DNA of 64,000 nt from Methanothrix sp. (GTDB lineage: Archaea; Halobacteriota; Methanosarcinia; Methanotrichales; Methanotrichaceae): assembly GCA_963682135.1 (NCBI GenBank), contig OY821645.1, positions 1,216,001 to 1,280,000 of the forward strand, read 5' to 3'. The notes below the pieces were generated by a model. It did no database searches. It had not been told where the DNA came from and saw only the letters and a program-made list of their open reading frames with translations. Positions 1-9,545 of the stretch are shown piece after piece. Position 1 is the first letter of the stretch. Each line of letters opens with the position of its first letter. The position numbers were made by a program, and so were the translations under genes.

Positions 1-183
1 GTATGGGGCCACAGAAAAGACCTGGATGAGTACTTCACTGTAGAAGATGCCACTATGGAAGAGATTCGCGCCCTGGCTGCCAGCGGCGCATCTGCCGATG
101 ATGTAGCCAATCAGATTCAGAGAAAGTCCAGGATCGGCTCAGAGCTGATCAAGTACATCGCCAAGACTAAAATTACCGCCTGA
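1..183 (+). CDS. 3' end of DUF1699-family protein (5' part outside window)
   Basis: Frame 1 reads VWGHRKDLDEYFTVEDATMEEIRALAASG...KITA* with stop at 181-183; the VWGHRKD..EY motif is typical of Methanosarcinales DUF1699 proteins. Confidence 0.7.
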   Translation, partial: VWGHRKDLDEYFTVEDATMEEIRALAASGASADDVANQIQRKSRIGSELIKYIAKTKITA

Positions 184-276
184 GTCCGCAACTCTGTGCC
201 CGGCTCAGCTACCCCCCCCTAATTTATTATTTGTCGATTTTCTAGTCCTATATTTTTTTCGACCGCCAACTACAAA

Positions 277-300
277 TATCTATAACGATTATATAGATAG
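277..300 (+). promoter_or_regulatory. Putative archaeal TATA box within a near-palindrome upstream of the structured element
   Basis: tatctataacgattatatagatag; TTATATA lies about 30 nt before the first helix at 325. Confidence 0.5.
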
Positions 301-324
301 TTTGTCGCTTCGTGCCATTGAATA

Positions 325-735
325 GGGTGGCGGGTGTGCCGTGGGCTTAACGTATCCGATGATGCTCTGATGATGGAGATGCATGCCTTCGTGGCACTGC
401 ATTTGGCTACGGGCCTGTGAGGCTGTAAAACATCGGCGGGCTGAAAAAGTTGCGTGCTGTGACAGGTGCAGCAATCCGCCGGATCTCACGCTAATACACG
501 GTCGGGGGCACGAGTCGGCACAGGTAGAAGCCGAGGACGAGAGGGCGAGCAGCATGGCCCTGCGAGAAAGGGTTCCTATAAAACGGACGCTGTGCGAGAT
601 TCCAGCGCTAATGCCGCCTTCCACCCAGGCTAATTAAAGTCGAGCTTCGGGCAGGGTCAGGCCACCACCTCGCGGTGATTGGCTCCTCTGCAAGAGGGCG
701 CAGTGGATTATGCGCAGGCCCTGCCTGGGACTTGA
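325..735 (+). ncRNA. Candidate large structured non-coding RNA, family unassigned
   Basis: Many nested helices read by eye: 325-330/621-626, 339-343/497-501, 343-354/408-416, 379-387/393-402, 417-421/485-489, 434-439/476-481, 515-519/530-534, 542-546/557-561, 588-592/603-607, 649-658/717-726; TATA upstream, T-tract at 741-747; no credible CDS. Confidence 0.65.
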
Positions 736-888
736 TATCGCTTTTCTTGATCATTACTCTGAGCAGGATAGTATGTTCTCAACTTGAAGCGAAATCCTTT
801 TATCTCGGTAATTGACGTACAGTGTATTGGCGAAAGTCGATGGCCAAATTTCCCTCCTACATCCAATTGACTTTCTCCTCCCTCCTTC

Positions 889-1524
889 TTATCCATATTT
901 CAGGAACCTTAAATTTCCTCCAGCGTTTCTATGCCGATCTTCTTCACGGATCAGCTCATCTTCCACAGCCAGATTTCTGTTCACCCAGTAAAACCGGGAA
1001 AAGAGCAATCCCACAGTTGGGCAGTCGTCCGGCTCGTACCACTTCAGATAATCTTCGATATTATCAAAGTGGCTCGGTGCATCCGGATGGTATAAACCTT
1101 CCCAGGGCATGGGAGTGGGCGGCTTGGCGGTTACATCCATAGAAAGCAGTTCCCGGCACAGATAGAGGAGCATGTTGCTGATGTTATCCTCTCCTCCATA
1201 GGTTAGGTAGGCATTGGCGGTGACCACAACCTTTGCAGGTGCTGAGGAGCTGAGCCAGTATGATTGATCGTCGCCGAGGCATACGATGGGCTTACGCTTT
1301 CCGATCTCACTCATCTTGGGCTCGATCTCATCCCAGAGGGCTTCGCTGCCGCGATGCGTGAAAATCAGGTCTGATTGTTCCATGGACTTTATTGCTTCGT
1401 CCAGAAGGCCGGGCTGATCGTCCAGTCGCTGGGTGGAAAAGAGCCGCAGATCGAATCCGAGGCGCTTGCAGGCTTTGGCAATTATCTGCAGATATGAATT
1501 TCCAACAAGACAGGTGAGTTTCAT
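889..1524 (-). pseudogene. cobN: Cobaltochelatase CobN, N-terminal fragment only
   Basis: YLTYGGEDNISNML, PWEGLYHPDAP and VGLLFSRFYW are CobN/BchH N-terminal motifs; only 211 aa versus ~1200+ for full CobN; similarity appears to stop after EDELIR. Confidence 0.8.
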
Positions 1525-1627
1525 GATTGCTCCTTTTCGATCAAATATTCCTGATTTCTGCGCAGTTGTTTTAATTTAGTTGTATGTATTTTTAATCGTG
1601 TCATATCTCTTCCCTAAATTACAAAAT

Positions 1628-1646
1628 TAATACGTTCTTAGTATTA
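1628..1646. promoter_or_regulatory. Inverted repeat TAATAC-N7-GTATTA upstream of cobN, possible metal-regulator operator
   Basis: Perfect 6-bp inverted repeat in an AT-rich promoter; operator function is inference. Confidence 0.3.
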
Positions 1647-1804
1647 TCTTTTTTGATTTAAATGTTAAAAAAGAATAAAGCCTGATTCAGATTAGCGCTT
1701 TACGCCAGGAATGGACGAACACTGCACAATTCGCTGCAACGTTTAGATCGTCCGGACTTTCTTATTGCTTCATTATGGTTCTTTGGAGCCGCACACAAGG
1801 CGGC

Positions 1805-2914
1805 TCACCAGAACTCCTTTTTTCGGCGCAGGAATAGATAAACAAAGAACGGGACACCCAGGAAGGCAGTCATTATTCCCACCGGCAGAATCACGGGCGC
1901 CATTATGGTTCTCGCCACGGTGTCCGCAGCCAATAGCAGCAGTCCTCCTACCAGTGCAGAGGCAGGGAGCAAAAACCTGTGGTCCCCTCCGATCACCATG
2001 CGAGTGATATGCGGAGCGACAAGGCCGATGAAGCCGATGGTTCCCGTGAAGCAGATAACGCTCGCGGTGATGACTGAGACCAGTACCATGCAGATTACAC
2101 GCGTCTTCTCCACGTTAACTCCCAGGCTCTTAGCGGTTTCATCGCCTGTTCCCAAGGCATTGATATCCCAGGACTTGAGGAGAAGATAGGGGAAACTGGC
2201 AACGATAACGCCTGTTACGATCCAGACCTTATCCCAGGAAGATCTCCCTAATGAGCCCATCATCCAGAAGACCACCTCTTGCACCTGCTCGGCATGTCCT
2301 ACGTACTGCAAGAAGGATGTCATGGCCGAGAAGAGATACATGATGGCTATGCCTGCCAGGACCATTGTCTCCGGTGTGATGCCCTTGTACTTTGCCAGGC
2401 CATAAACACTCATGGAGGCGAGGAGGGTGAAGATGAAGGCGTTGCCGATGATGAGATACTCTCCTCCTACAAATCCTGCTCCCATAACTATAGCCAAAGC
2501 AGCACCAAATCCCGCTGCAGAAGCAATGCCCAGTGTGAATGGGCTGGCCAGGGGATTTTTGAGGATGCCCTGCATTACAGCTCCCGCAATGGCCAGACCG
2601 ATGCCACCCACAATAGCCAGAAGAATGCGGTGCAGACGCAGACCCCAGACGATTGTGTCCGAGAACCAGGTGGTCTCAAAGTGGCCGGGCAAGAACCTGG
2701 CTATGATGGTTTTGTAGACATCAAGAACGCTTATGTCAGCCGAACCTCGCGTGGCTGCATAGCCTGCCAATAGAATTATGCCAAAAATGAGAGATATGAG
2801 AAAGAGCATCTTCTTGCCGATGAACTTTTGATACTCTGCCCTCAGATCTGCTGTGGGATTATCCTTGGAATGCAAAGAAGACATTTGCTCACGCCTCTGG
2901 ATAGACAAAGACAC
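1805..2914 (-). CDS. FecCD/BtuC-family ABC transporter permease (cobalamin/iron complex); start may be 2884
   Basis: LAIAGAVMQGILKNPLASPFTLG, GDETAKSLGV and GTIGFIGLVAPH motifs. Confidence 0.93.
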   Translation of the reverse strand: MSLSIQRREQMSSLHSKDNPTADLRAEYQKFIGKKMLFLISLIFGIILLAGYAATRGSADISVLDVYKTIIARFLPGHFETTWFSDTIVWGLRLHRILLAIVGGIGLAIAGAVMQGILKNPLASPFTLGIASAAGFGAALAIVMGAGFVGGEYLIIGNAFIFTLLASMSVYGLAKYKGITPETMVLAGIAIMYLFSAMTSFLQYVGHAEQVQEVVFWMMGSLGRSSWDKVWIVTGVIVASFPYLLLKSWDINALGTGDETAKSLGVNVEKTRVICMVLVSVITASVICFTGTIGFIGLVAPHITRMVIGGDHRFLLPASALVGGLLLLAADTVARTIMAPVILPVGIMTAFLGVPFFVYLFLRRKKEFW

Positions 2915-4112
2915 CCCTATTTATTACATCGACCTTTGCACCCTGAAACTCGTCGAGATATTCCTGATATGCATTACGTGGGTTATAATCCAGGAATATC
3001 TCCGGCTGCAGCCATTTTCCTAAGTAGCCCATTCCCAGATAGAACCTCCCTCCGCCCTTGGTGCAGTCCCAGGTTATCATGTAAGCTTTCTTGTTTTTCA
3101 CGGCAACAGTTTGGTTCAATTCTGTCCGGGCGAGCATCTCGTCAACTAAAGCTTCCAGTGCGACGGTATCACTCAAATCTTTGTCTATTCCAGGACTGTC
3201 CTTGAGGTATTTATATCGCAGAATGATTTCCGGATTCCTCATGGCAACGGATTCCGGGTCAACCTGTTTGAATCCCTGCAATTCCGAGAAGATATTGTTC
3301 CCACCTGCTGCCACGAGAAGGGCATTATGGGCATGACCCGAGCCACAAGTGTAATAGGTCTGGCCGCCACCAAAGTCTGCCTCCAGATAGACCTTAGGCT
3401 TCTCACTGGAAGGAAGGGCTGATACTATATCCAGGTATTTGCCAAGCTTCTTCTCAAAGAACTGATTATATCTCTTTGCCTCATCATTTCTATCCAGTAG
3501 ATAGCCCATTTTGTTGATGATATCATTATATTGAGATATGTTTCCGGAATCCAGGCGGATCACGGTGATATTGGTATCCTTGAGATTCTGATCCAGGTCT
3601 TCCTGTTTGGGGCTGCTCATGTATGTTATGACAAGATCCGGCCTGACCTTGATCAAAGCCTCCCAATCGACCGAAGACGTTGGAGAGCCAATGTTTACTA
3701 GGCCCGCGCCATCCGTATAGAGGTCCCCGCAGCCCTGCTCCCTGCTCTGCACAACATACTTGCCGGCAGCAACGATCTTATCTGTGCAGTTGAGGGTGCG
3801 CAGTATCTCATAATCCTCTGTGGTCAATACAGCGATCCGCTCGATTGGCTTATAGAAGGCAATCTCACTTCCTGTCGAATCGTTGATCTTCCTGGGATAG
3901 CTCTCATGAATGAGCCTGATATTCTCAAGCTCTTCATGGCTGATCCTTCCGTCCTCAGAGACTTTTTCTGCTGCCTTCAATTCTTCTGCAGAGATCACTT
4001 TGTCGCCATTCGAATCCCCAGGAACAGAAACATCCTGATAGGCGGCTGCTAGCCCCAGAGAACTGAAAATGCAGAAAAGCAAAACCAAACCGTATATCAT
4101 CTTCATGCCCAT
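2889..4112 (-). CDS. ABC transporter substrate-binding protein (BtuF/FepB-like) with signal peptide and dockerin/EF-hand-like N-terminus
   Basis: Hydrophobic leader; GDSNGDKVISAEEL; PIERIAVL, WEALIKVRPDLVI, AGGNNIF, VDPESVAMRNPEII. Confidence 0.88.
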   Translation of the reverse strand: MGMKMIYGLVLLFCIFSSLGLAAAYQDVSVPGDSNGDKVISAEELKAAEKVSEDGRISHEELENIRLIHESYPRKINDSTGSEIAFYKPIERIAVLTTEDYEILRTLNCTDKIVAAGKYVVQSREQGCGDLYTDGAGLVNIGSPTSSVDWEALIKVRPDLVITYMSSPKQEDLDQNLKDTNITVIRLDSGNISQYNDIINKMGYLLDRNDEAKRYNQFFEKKLGKYLDIVSALPSSEKPKVYLEADFGGGQTYYTCGSGHAHNALLVAAGGNNIFSELQGFKQVDPESVAMRNPEIILRYKYLKDSPGIDKDLSDTVALEALVDEMLARTELNQTVAVKNKKAYMITWDCTKGGGRFYLGMGYLGKWLQPEIFLDYNPRNAYQEYLDEFQGAKVDVINRGVFVYPEA

Positions 4113-4175
4113 TTCCTAAATTCAAGTCTTTGAAACCTGTTTAGGTATCTTATACACATATTAATAAGTCTTTTG

Positions 4176-4188
4176 GTAATAGTATTAC
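4176..4188. promoter_or_regulatory. Palindrome GTAAT-AGT-ATTAC in the divergent transporter/chelatase promoter
   Basis: Seen directly; operator function is inference. Confidence 0.3.
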
Positions 4189-4478
4189 TAGATCATAATT
4201 GATTCCATAAAACGCTATATTAGTGCACCTGTATGCCGCAATTGATTTATCTATGATACAAAAAGGCGATCATAGCCGTTTTAAAGATACTCTTATCTCC
4301 TATGAAGCGGTTTTAATAAAGAAAGAGCAGTTCAAATGAATAGAATATTTAAAAATTTATAATATCTATTGGTAATCAATTTGTACAAAATGCGTAAAAA
4401 TGATGAAAAAAATAGTACTTTTTAATACAATGTAAAGCCTTAAATACATAAACGATGAGCTGGAAGAAGGAGATATCA

Positions 4479-6527
4479 ATGCATCACCTGAAGAGAAAGA
4501 CCATACCGTTTACAGCCATCGTTGGGCAAGATGACATGAAGTTCTCATTGATTCTAAATGCCATCAACCCCCGCATAGGCGGCGTCCTGATCAGAGGCGA
4601 CAAGGGAACTGCTAAATCGACAGCTGTGCGGGCTCTTGCCGACCTGCTGGAGAATATTAAAGTTGTAGAAGACTGTCCATTTAATTGCGATCCGGAAAAT
4701 GCAGAAGACATGTGCGACCTGTGTTTTGAGAAGAGCCAGGCAAACCGGATAAGAGGAATAGACCGAAAAACGCCGGTTATAGATCTGCCATTAGGAGCTA
4801 CTGAGGACAGAGTAGTTGGTTCTCTGAATGTCGAACGTGCCATCAAAGAAGGGATCAAGGCCCTGGAACCGGGCATTCTCGCCGCTGCCAATCGGGGCAT
4901 CCTCTACATAGACGAGGTCAATCTCCTGGATGATCATGTGGCCGATGTGCTTCTCGATTCCGCGGCCATGGGAGTAAATATAGTTGAACGCGAAGGCGTA
5001 TCTGTAGCCCATCCATCTAAATTCATCCTGGTCGGAACCATGAACCCGGAGGAGGGAGAGATCCGGCCTCAACTGCTGGACCGATTCGGGCTGCAAGTGA
5101 GCGTTGTCGGCATCGAGGATGTGGATCAAAGGATGCAGATCGCCAAGATGGCAGAAGCATTTGATGCCGATCCAGATGGATTTACGCAAATGTGCCGAGA
5201 AAGCCAGGCACAATTGAAGGAAAAGATATCCCAGGCCCGCAAAATCCTCCGGAAAGTGAGCATGAGCGATGATCTTCTTCGGTCCATCGCCTCAACCTGC
5301 ATCGATCTGGGCGTGAAGACGCACCGGGCTGAGATTGTCATCACCAGGACCGCCAAGACCATTGCCGCCTTTGATGGAAGGACGGAGGTAAACCAGGAGG
5401 ATGTCAAGAAGGCTATGGAGCTGGCCCTGGCTCACAGGATGAGAAGCAGGCCTTTTGAGCCGCCCACCCTGAACAAGGAGAAGCTGGAGAAGTCGATGCA
5501 GCAGCATCAACACGAACACCAGCACCAACATCAAGATCCCAAGCAACAAAAAAAAAATGAGCAACAGCCCCGAGAGCCCGACGAGCAGCAGGACACAAAT
5601 CAAACTCAAGCTGCCCAGCCTCAGGAACAGGTCTTTGAAATCGGCACGCCCATAGATACCCGTGCCATAGACACGCCCCGCAAGAGAGACAGAATTGCCC
5701 GCCGCAAGACCAGCGGCAGAAGAATGAACACTCTCGCGCTACGAAACAGAGGAAGATACCTGCGCCAGAGGATGCCACAGGAAGGAAAAGATATCGCCAT
5801 CGATGCTACGATTCGAGCCGCTGCCCCCTATCAGAAGGTCCGATTAGGCCCCAATGCCATTAGAGTGTTGAGCGAGGATATCCGGGAGAAAGAGAGAGTG
5901 GGGAAGACCTCTGCCGTAGTCCTCTTCGTGGTGGACGCCAGCGGCTCTATGGGAGCCAATCAGAGAATGGAGAGCGCAAAAGGTGCCGTTCTCTCCCTGC
6001 TCATGGATTCCTACCAGAAGAGAGACAAGATTGGCATGGTAGCTTTCAAAGGAAAAGAAGCCGAGATTGTCCTTCCACCCTGCTCCAGCGTTGATCTGGC
6101 TCTGAGCCGCTTGCGAGAGCTTCCCACGGGAGGCAAGACGCCTCTCTCCGCCGGACTCTCCCGGGCATTGCAGCTTTTGCAGGGCGAATCGAGAAAGGAT
6201 GAAGAGACCAAACTCATGATGATTCTCATATCCGACGGCAGAGCAAATGTGGGAATGGGAGGCAAGATCAAGGACGAACTGATGGAGATCTCGGAGAGGG
6301 CCCGCAATCTCGGGATTCATACCATCGTCATTGATACCGAAGTTGTGGATAGCTCCTTCATGGATATGCGGCTGGGCTACTGCCATGAGATTGCAGAGAA
6401 GTGCGCCGGAAAGTACTATCCCATATCCAGCTTGAGCCCGGAAGCGCTCTATAGCATTGTGAATGGAGAGCAAAAAGACTTATTCGATAGAATGAGTTCG
6501 ACAATAAATGAATACGCTACAACATAA
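4479..6527 (+). CDS. ChlI/ChlD-type AAA+ and VWA fused chelatase subunit (putative cobaltochelatase partner of CobN)
   Basis: [26 protein letters not shown], His/Gln-rich linker, [27 protein letters not shown]; GGAGA RBS before ATG 4479. Confidence 0.92.
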   Translation: MHHLKRKTIPFTAIVGQDDMKFSLILNAINPRIGGVLIRGDKGTAKSTAVRALADLLENIKVVEDCPFNCDPENAEDMCDLCFEKSQANRIRGIDRKTPVIDLPLGATEDRVVGSLNVERAIKEGIKALEPGILAAANRGILYIDEVNLLDDHVADVLLDSAAMGVNIVEREGVSVAHPSKFILVGTMNPEEGEIRPQLLDRFGLQVSVVGIEDVDQRMQIAKMAEAFDADPDGFTQMCRESQAQLKEKISQARKILRKVSMSDDLLRSIASTCIDLGVKTHRAEIVITRTAKTIAAFDGRTEVNQEDVKKAMELALAHRMRSRPFEPPTLNKEKLEKSMQQHQHEHQHQHQDPKQQKKNEQQPREPDEQQDTNQTQAAQPQEQVFEIGTPIDTRAIDTPRKRDRIARRKTSGRRMNTLALRNRGRYLRQRMPQEGKDIAIDATIRAAAPYQKVRLGPNAIRVLSEDIREKERVGKTSAVVLFVVDASGSMGANQRMESAKGAVLSLLMDSYQKRDKIGMVAFKGKEAEIVLPPCSSVDLALSRLRELPTGGKTPLSAGLSRALQLLQGESRKDEETKLMMILISDGRANVGMGGKIKDELMEISERARNLGIHTIVIDTEVVDSSFMDMRLGYCHEIAEKCAGKYYPISSLSPEALYSIVNGEQKDLFDRMSSTINEYATT

Positions 6528-6579
6528 ACCGAACTGATATATCGTTTTACTATTATTATGGTGATTGCAAGAGGCATTT

Positions 6580-7452
6580 ATGAGCAAGATGATTGAGATA
6601 TCAGGCCTAAACAAGGACTATTCCGGTAAAAAAGTAATTGACGGCCTGGATCTGGAGATCGACCACGGAGAGCTCTTCGGATTTCTGGGGCCAAATGGAG
6701 CAGGCAAGACCACCGCCATTCGCATCCTAACCACCCTTACCAAGCCATCATCCGGAATGGTTCGTATCAATGGAATTGATGTAGCTAAAGAGCCTGCCAA
6801 AGTGAAGTCTGAGTTTGGCATAGTCCAGCAGCACCTCAGCCTCAACCGGGACCTGACCATTAGCGAGAACTTGCAGCTTCATGCCAGACTGCATCACCTC
6901 TCCAAGAAGGAGCGAGATGAGAGGATAGCTGATCTTTTGGATTATGTGGAGCTGTCCGATCATGCAGACTACCTCATCGATGACGTCTCCGGAGGGATGA
7001 AGAGGAGAGCCATGATCGCCAGGGCTCTCATCCATAGGCCCAAGCTACTCTTTCTCGATGAGCCGACGGTGGGATTGGACGCTCAGACCCGCCGCAAGGT
7101 CTGGGATCTCATTCGCAGGATGAATACCGAGGGCACAACTGTCTTTTTGACCACACACTACATTGAGGAGGCTGAGGCTTTATGTCAGAGGGTGGGCGTT
7201 CTTCATCATGGCCGGATCATCGCCATTGGCTCGCCACTCAGCCTGCGAGAGAAGCTGGGCTTGGTTGCTGTGGAGATGAATCTGAACCTGAACGGAAACG
7301 CAACAGAGTACAGGTATTTTCCGGATAGAGCTCAGGCCGCCCAGTTCATCGAGGGCCTGCCCGGCACGGAGCACGTTATTATGCGGGAATCAAATCTGGA
7401 GGATGTATTCATAGAGCTTACCGGCCAGAAGGTGCTGGGAGGAGTAACATGA
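6580..7452 (+). CDS. ABC-2 type exporter ATP-binding protein
   Basis: GPNGAGKTT, SGGMKRR, LFLDEPT, TTHY. Confidence 0.93.
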   Translation: MSKMIEISGLNKDYSGKKVIDGLDLEIDHGELFGFLGPNGAGKTTAIRILTTLTKPSSGMVRINGIDVAKEPAKVKSEFGIVQQHLSLNRDLTISENLQLHARLHHLSKKERDERIADLLDYVELSDHADYLIDDVSGGMKRRAMIARALIHRPKLLFLDEPTVGLDAQTRRKVWDLIRRMNTEGTTVFLTTHYIEEAEALCQRVGVLHHGRIIAIGSPLSLREKLGLVAVEMNLNLNGNATEYRYFPDRAQAAQFIEGLPGTEHVIMRESNLEDVFIELTGQKVLGGVT

Positions 7453-8186
7453 TAGATGCTTACAGCATACTGTGGGCGGATCTCATGGCCCTGAAACGCC
7501 GGGGACCCAGATATCTCATCACCACCCTTATCAGTCCTATTCTCTATCTTGTGGCCTTCGGATGGGGCCTGGGACGCGGCATCAACCTCAATGGAACCAG
7601 TTATCTAGAATTTGTCATACCTGGCATCATTGCTCTTACTGCCATGACCACCAGCTTCAACGGAGCCGGCACGAGGCTCAATGTCGACCGTCTTTACTTC
7701 AAAAGCTTTGATGAGTGTCTGATGGCCCCCATCGGCCTGACATCTCTTCTCATGGGCAAAGCCCTGATAGGAGTAGTGAGAGGTCTCATGAGCTCTGTGG
7801 CGTTTCTCATCGTGGCCCTGTTGATTGCGCCCCATATGCATATCGGACCGCAATTTCTGCTCGGCCTCTTCCTCACCTGCCTGACCTTCGCCTTTTTGGG
7901 GGTGCTGGCGGCATTGATGGCAAGGTCACATGAGGACATGGCCGTCTTCGGAAGCCTGATATTGATGCCCATGACCTTCCTTGGGGGAACATTCTTCTCA
8001 CTATCTCAGGTGCCAGTGGGACTCAAGTATGCTCTTTACGCCCTTCCCCTCACCCATTCCAGCCTCTTTCTGCGGGCGGCGGCATTGGATCAGCCTCTGC
8101 CCTGGGGATCATTTTTGATTCTTCTGGCCTTCCTGATGGCGTTCCTGGTTGGTGGGATGATGACTCTCAAGAAGATCAGCATTTAG
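7449..8186 (+). CDS. ABC-2 type transporter permease
   Basis: YLEFVIPGI, PMTFLGGTFF, LPLTH; about six hydrophobic segments; ATGA overlap with the ATPase. Confidence 0.9.
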   Translation: MIDAYSILWADLMALKRRGPRYLITTLISPILYLVAFGWGLGRGINLNGTSYLEFVIPGIIALTAMTTSFNGAGTRLNVDRLYFKSFDECLMAPIGLTSLLMGKALIGVVRGLMSSVAFLIVALLIAPHMHIGPQFLLGLFLTCLTFAFLGVLAALMARSHEDMAVFGSLILMPMTFLGGTFFSLSQVPVGLKYALYALPLTHSSLFLRAAALDQPLPWGSFLILLAFLMAFLVGGMMTLKKISI

Positions 8187-8306
8187 TGGCCAAAGTGGTG
8201 AATAGAGAACGCACAGCTTCGGCGCAAGGAAATGGCAAACCAATATGCCATGTTCTTGGGCGGACCTGTTTATCACTTTTTTCAACTTGTAGGATTGCGA
8301 AGGACG

Positions 8307-8500
8307 GATCTCGCTTGACCTCTCCCTGTCCAGAAAGGCAGCGCAAATTGCAGTAGAGCATCGCCTGCGAGGTGCCGATGCGGCATATGTCGCCGCTGCT
8401 TGATGCGTTTGATACTGCTCTGATCACCTGGGATCAAGAGATGCGCAAGCGATGCCCGGTCGCAGTGGCGACTATGAAGCCGGAAGAAAAGGCGCAGTAA
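8307..8500 (+). pseudogene. 3' remnant of a PIN/VapC toxin, paralogous to 15794-16216
   Basis: Aligns by eye with 16018-16200 (gatctcgcttga...gcagtagagcatcgcctgcg..ggtgccgatgcg...tgggatcaagagatgc); lacks 5' half and has a +1 nt frameshift near 8400. Confidence 0.85.
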
Positions 8501-8547
8501 GCGGTGATGGTCAAGACGCTCTTTGGCGGAAAGCTGGTGCATGCTGG

Positions 8548-8624
8548 GGCCGGGCCAGGCTTCTGGCGACGCTCGGGACTCGGGGGGCCGCCTGAGCGCG
8601 CTCGTGTGCGGGCGCAGGAGGCCG
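8548..8624 (+). repeat. GC-rich repeat X, copy 1
   Basis: ctcgggactcggggggccgcctgagcgcgctcgtgtgcgggcgcaggaggccg matches 15040-15090, 15331-15382 and 16280-16330. Confidence 0.8.
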
Positions 8625-8682
8625 GTCGGGCCTGGAATCAGGAAGCCCTTGAACCCGGAATGGGCTTTTTTCGGGCGCATGA

Positions 8683-8910
8683 TTATAGGTCTGCAACTTC
8701 GACACGAACCTTTCCGATGAAAAGGCTCTCTTCAATTGGAGCCGCTAACTGATTCTCTTTTGAGGCGATCAGATGGGATTCGATGGCCTCCTTAGTGTTA
8801 TGCAGGGTTTCATCGATGGTCTCACCCTGAGAGTAGCAGCCCGGAAGTGCAGGAATCTCAGCCCAAAAGCCTCCCTCCTCTGCCTGATGTATCAGAATCG
8901 TGTATTCCAT
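8683..8910 (-). CDS. hicB: HicB-family antitoxin
   Basis: EEGGFWAEIPALPGCYSQGETIDE..N.KEAI signature. Confidence 0.9.
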   Translation of the reverse strand: MEYTILIHQAEEGGFWAEIPALPGCYSQGETIDETLHNTKEAIESHLIASKENQLAAPIEESLFIGKVRVEVADL

Positions 8911-8917
8911 TGTCCAA

Positions 8918-9142
8918 TCACTCCGTTAGAAGCATAATGAATTCATCATCGCCCAACCCGGCCGTTCTTATCGCAGACTTCAGGAGGCCTATCTTCAAAT
9001 CACCTGTGACAGGAATGGTTATTAGTTGCCCATCGGACATCTTTATGTTCACGTGATCGCCCTTCCCACGCCGCACAACTCCCCACGCTTTGATAAAGTC
9101 TTTGATCGCTTCCTTGCCGCTCACGCTTCTTAACAGGCTCAC
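8918..9142 (-). CDS. hicA: HicA-family toxin (probable GTG start at 9142)
   Basis: SGKEAIK...RGKGDHV...ITIPV.GDLKIGLLKSAIRTAGL; directly upstream of hicB. Confidence 0.85.
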   Translation of the reverse strand: MSLLRSVSGKEAIKDFIKAWGVVRRGKGDHVNIKMSDGQLITIPVTGDLKIGLLKSAIRTAGLGDDEFIMLLTE

Positions 9143-9212
9143 TGTGAATCCGTCCAGAACTGCTATAGACTCTTGCATTATTGTGGCTGTTTTTATACAT
9201 GTAGCTTTCGTA

Positions 9213-9335
9213 GAACAGTGATTCGGCTCGAATGGTCTGCATGCAGCTCTACGTCTGCGGTTACTAATTATCTTCCGATTCCGGGCCAATGGCGAACGAA
9301 CCCAACCACAAAGAGCACAAAGGCCTTTTCGGGAT
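9213..9335 (+). repeat. Repeat Y, copy 1
   Basis: gaacagtgattcggctcgaatggtctgca...ggttacta...aacgaacccaaccacaaagagcacaaag matches 15093-15225 and 16334-16415. Confidence 0.75.
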
Positions 9336-9496
9336 ACGAATAACTGCATCATCCAGGCGATTGCAGAAGCCGTCCATCCCCTAGAAGATCCATGCGGTCG
9401 CTGCATGCCAGTGCCCTGGCAGGCCCCCGCTTCGCAAATCTGCCGACTCACGTATGACGTGGACGCTCGTGGCTGCCTGGGGCCTTAGCGGCTGCA

Positions 9497-9545
9497 GGCT
9501 GCCCACCGGGCCGGGCCTCGCTTCGGGATGCGGCTCGGGCTCGGG
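9497..9545 (+). repeat. Repeat X, partial copy 2
   Basis: ccgggccgggcctcgcttc...gctcgggctcggg matches 15010-15052 and 16257-16292. Confidence 0.65.

Noticed and set aside
289-637. ORFs 289-624 (-) and 383-637 (+) as proteins
   Set aside because: No recognisable motif or RBS, odd Cys/Arg-rich composition; better explained as by-products of a GC-rich structured element
325-735. RNase P RNA, SRP RNA, cobalamin riboswitch or group II intron
   Set aside because: No GAGGAAAGUCC or ACAGAA..GGCU (RNase P), no CCCGGAAGGGAGCAG helix 8 (SRP), no B12 box and wrong side of cobN, no domain V hairpin; judged by eye only
9143-9451. N-terminal extension of HicA (177-aa ORF)
   Set aside because: Runs through non-coding repeat Y; the HicA fold starts at GTG 9142
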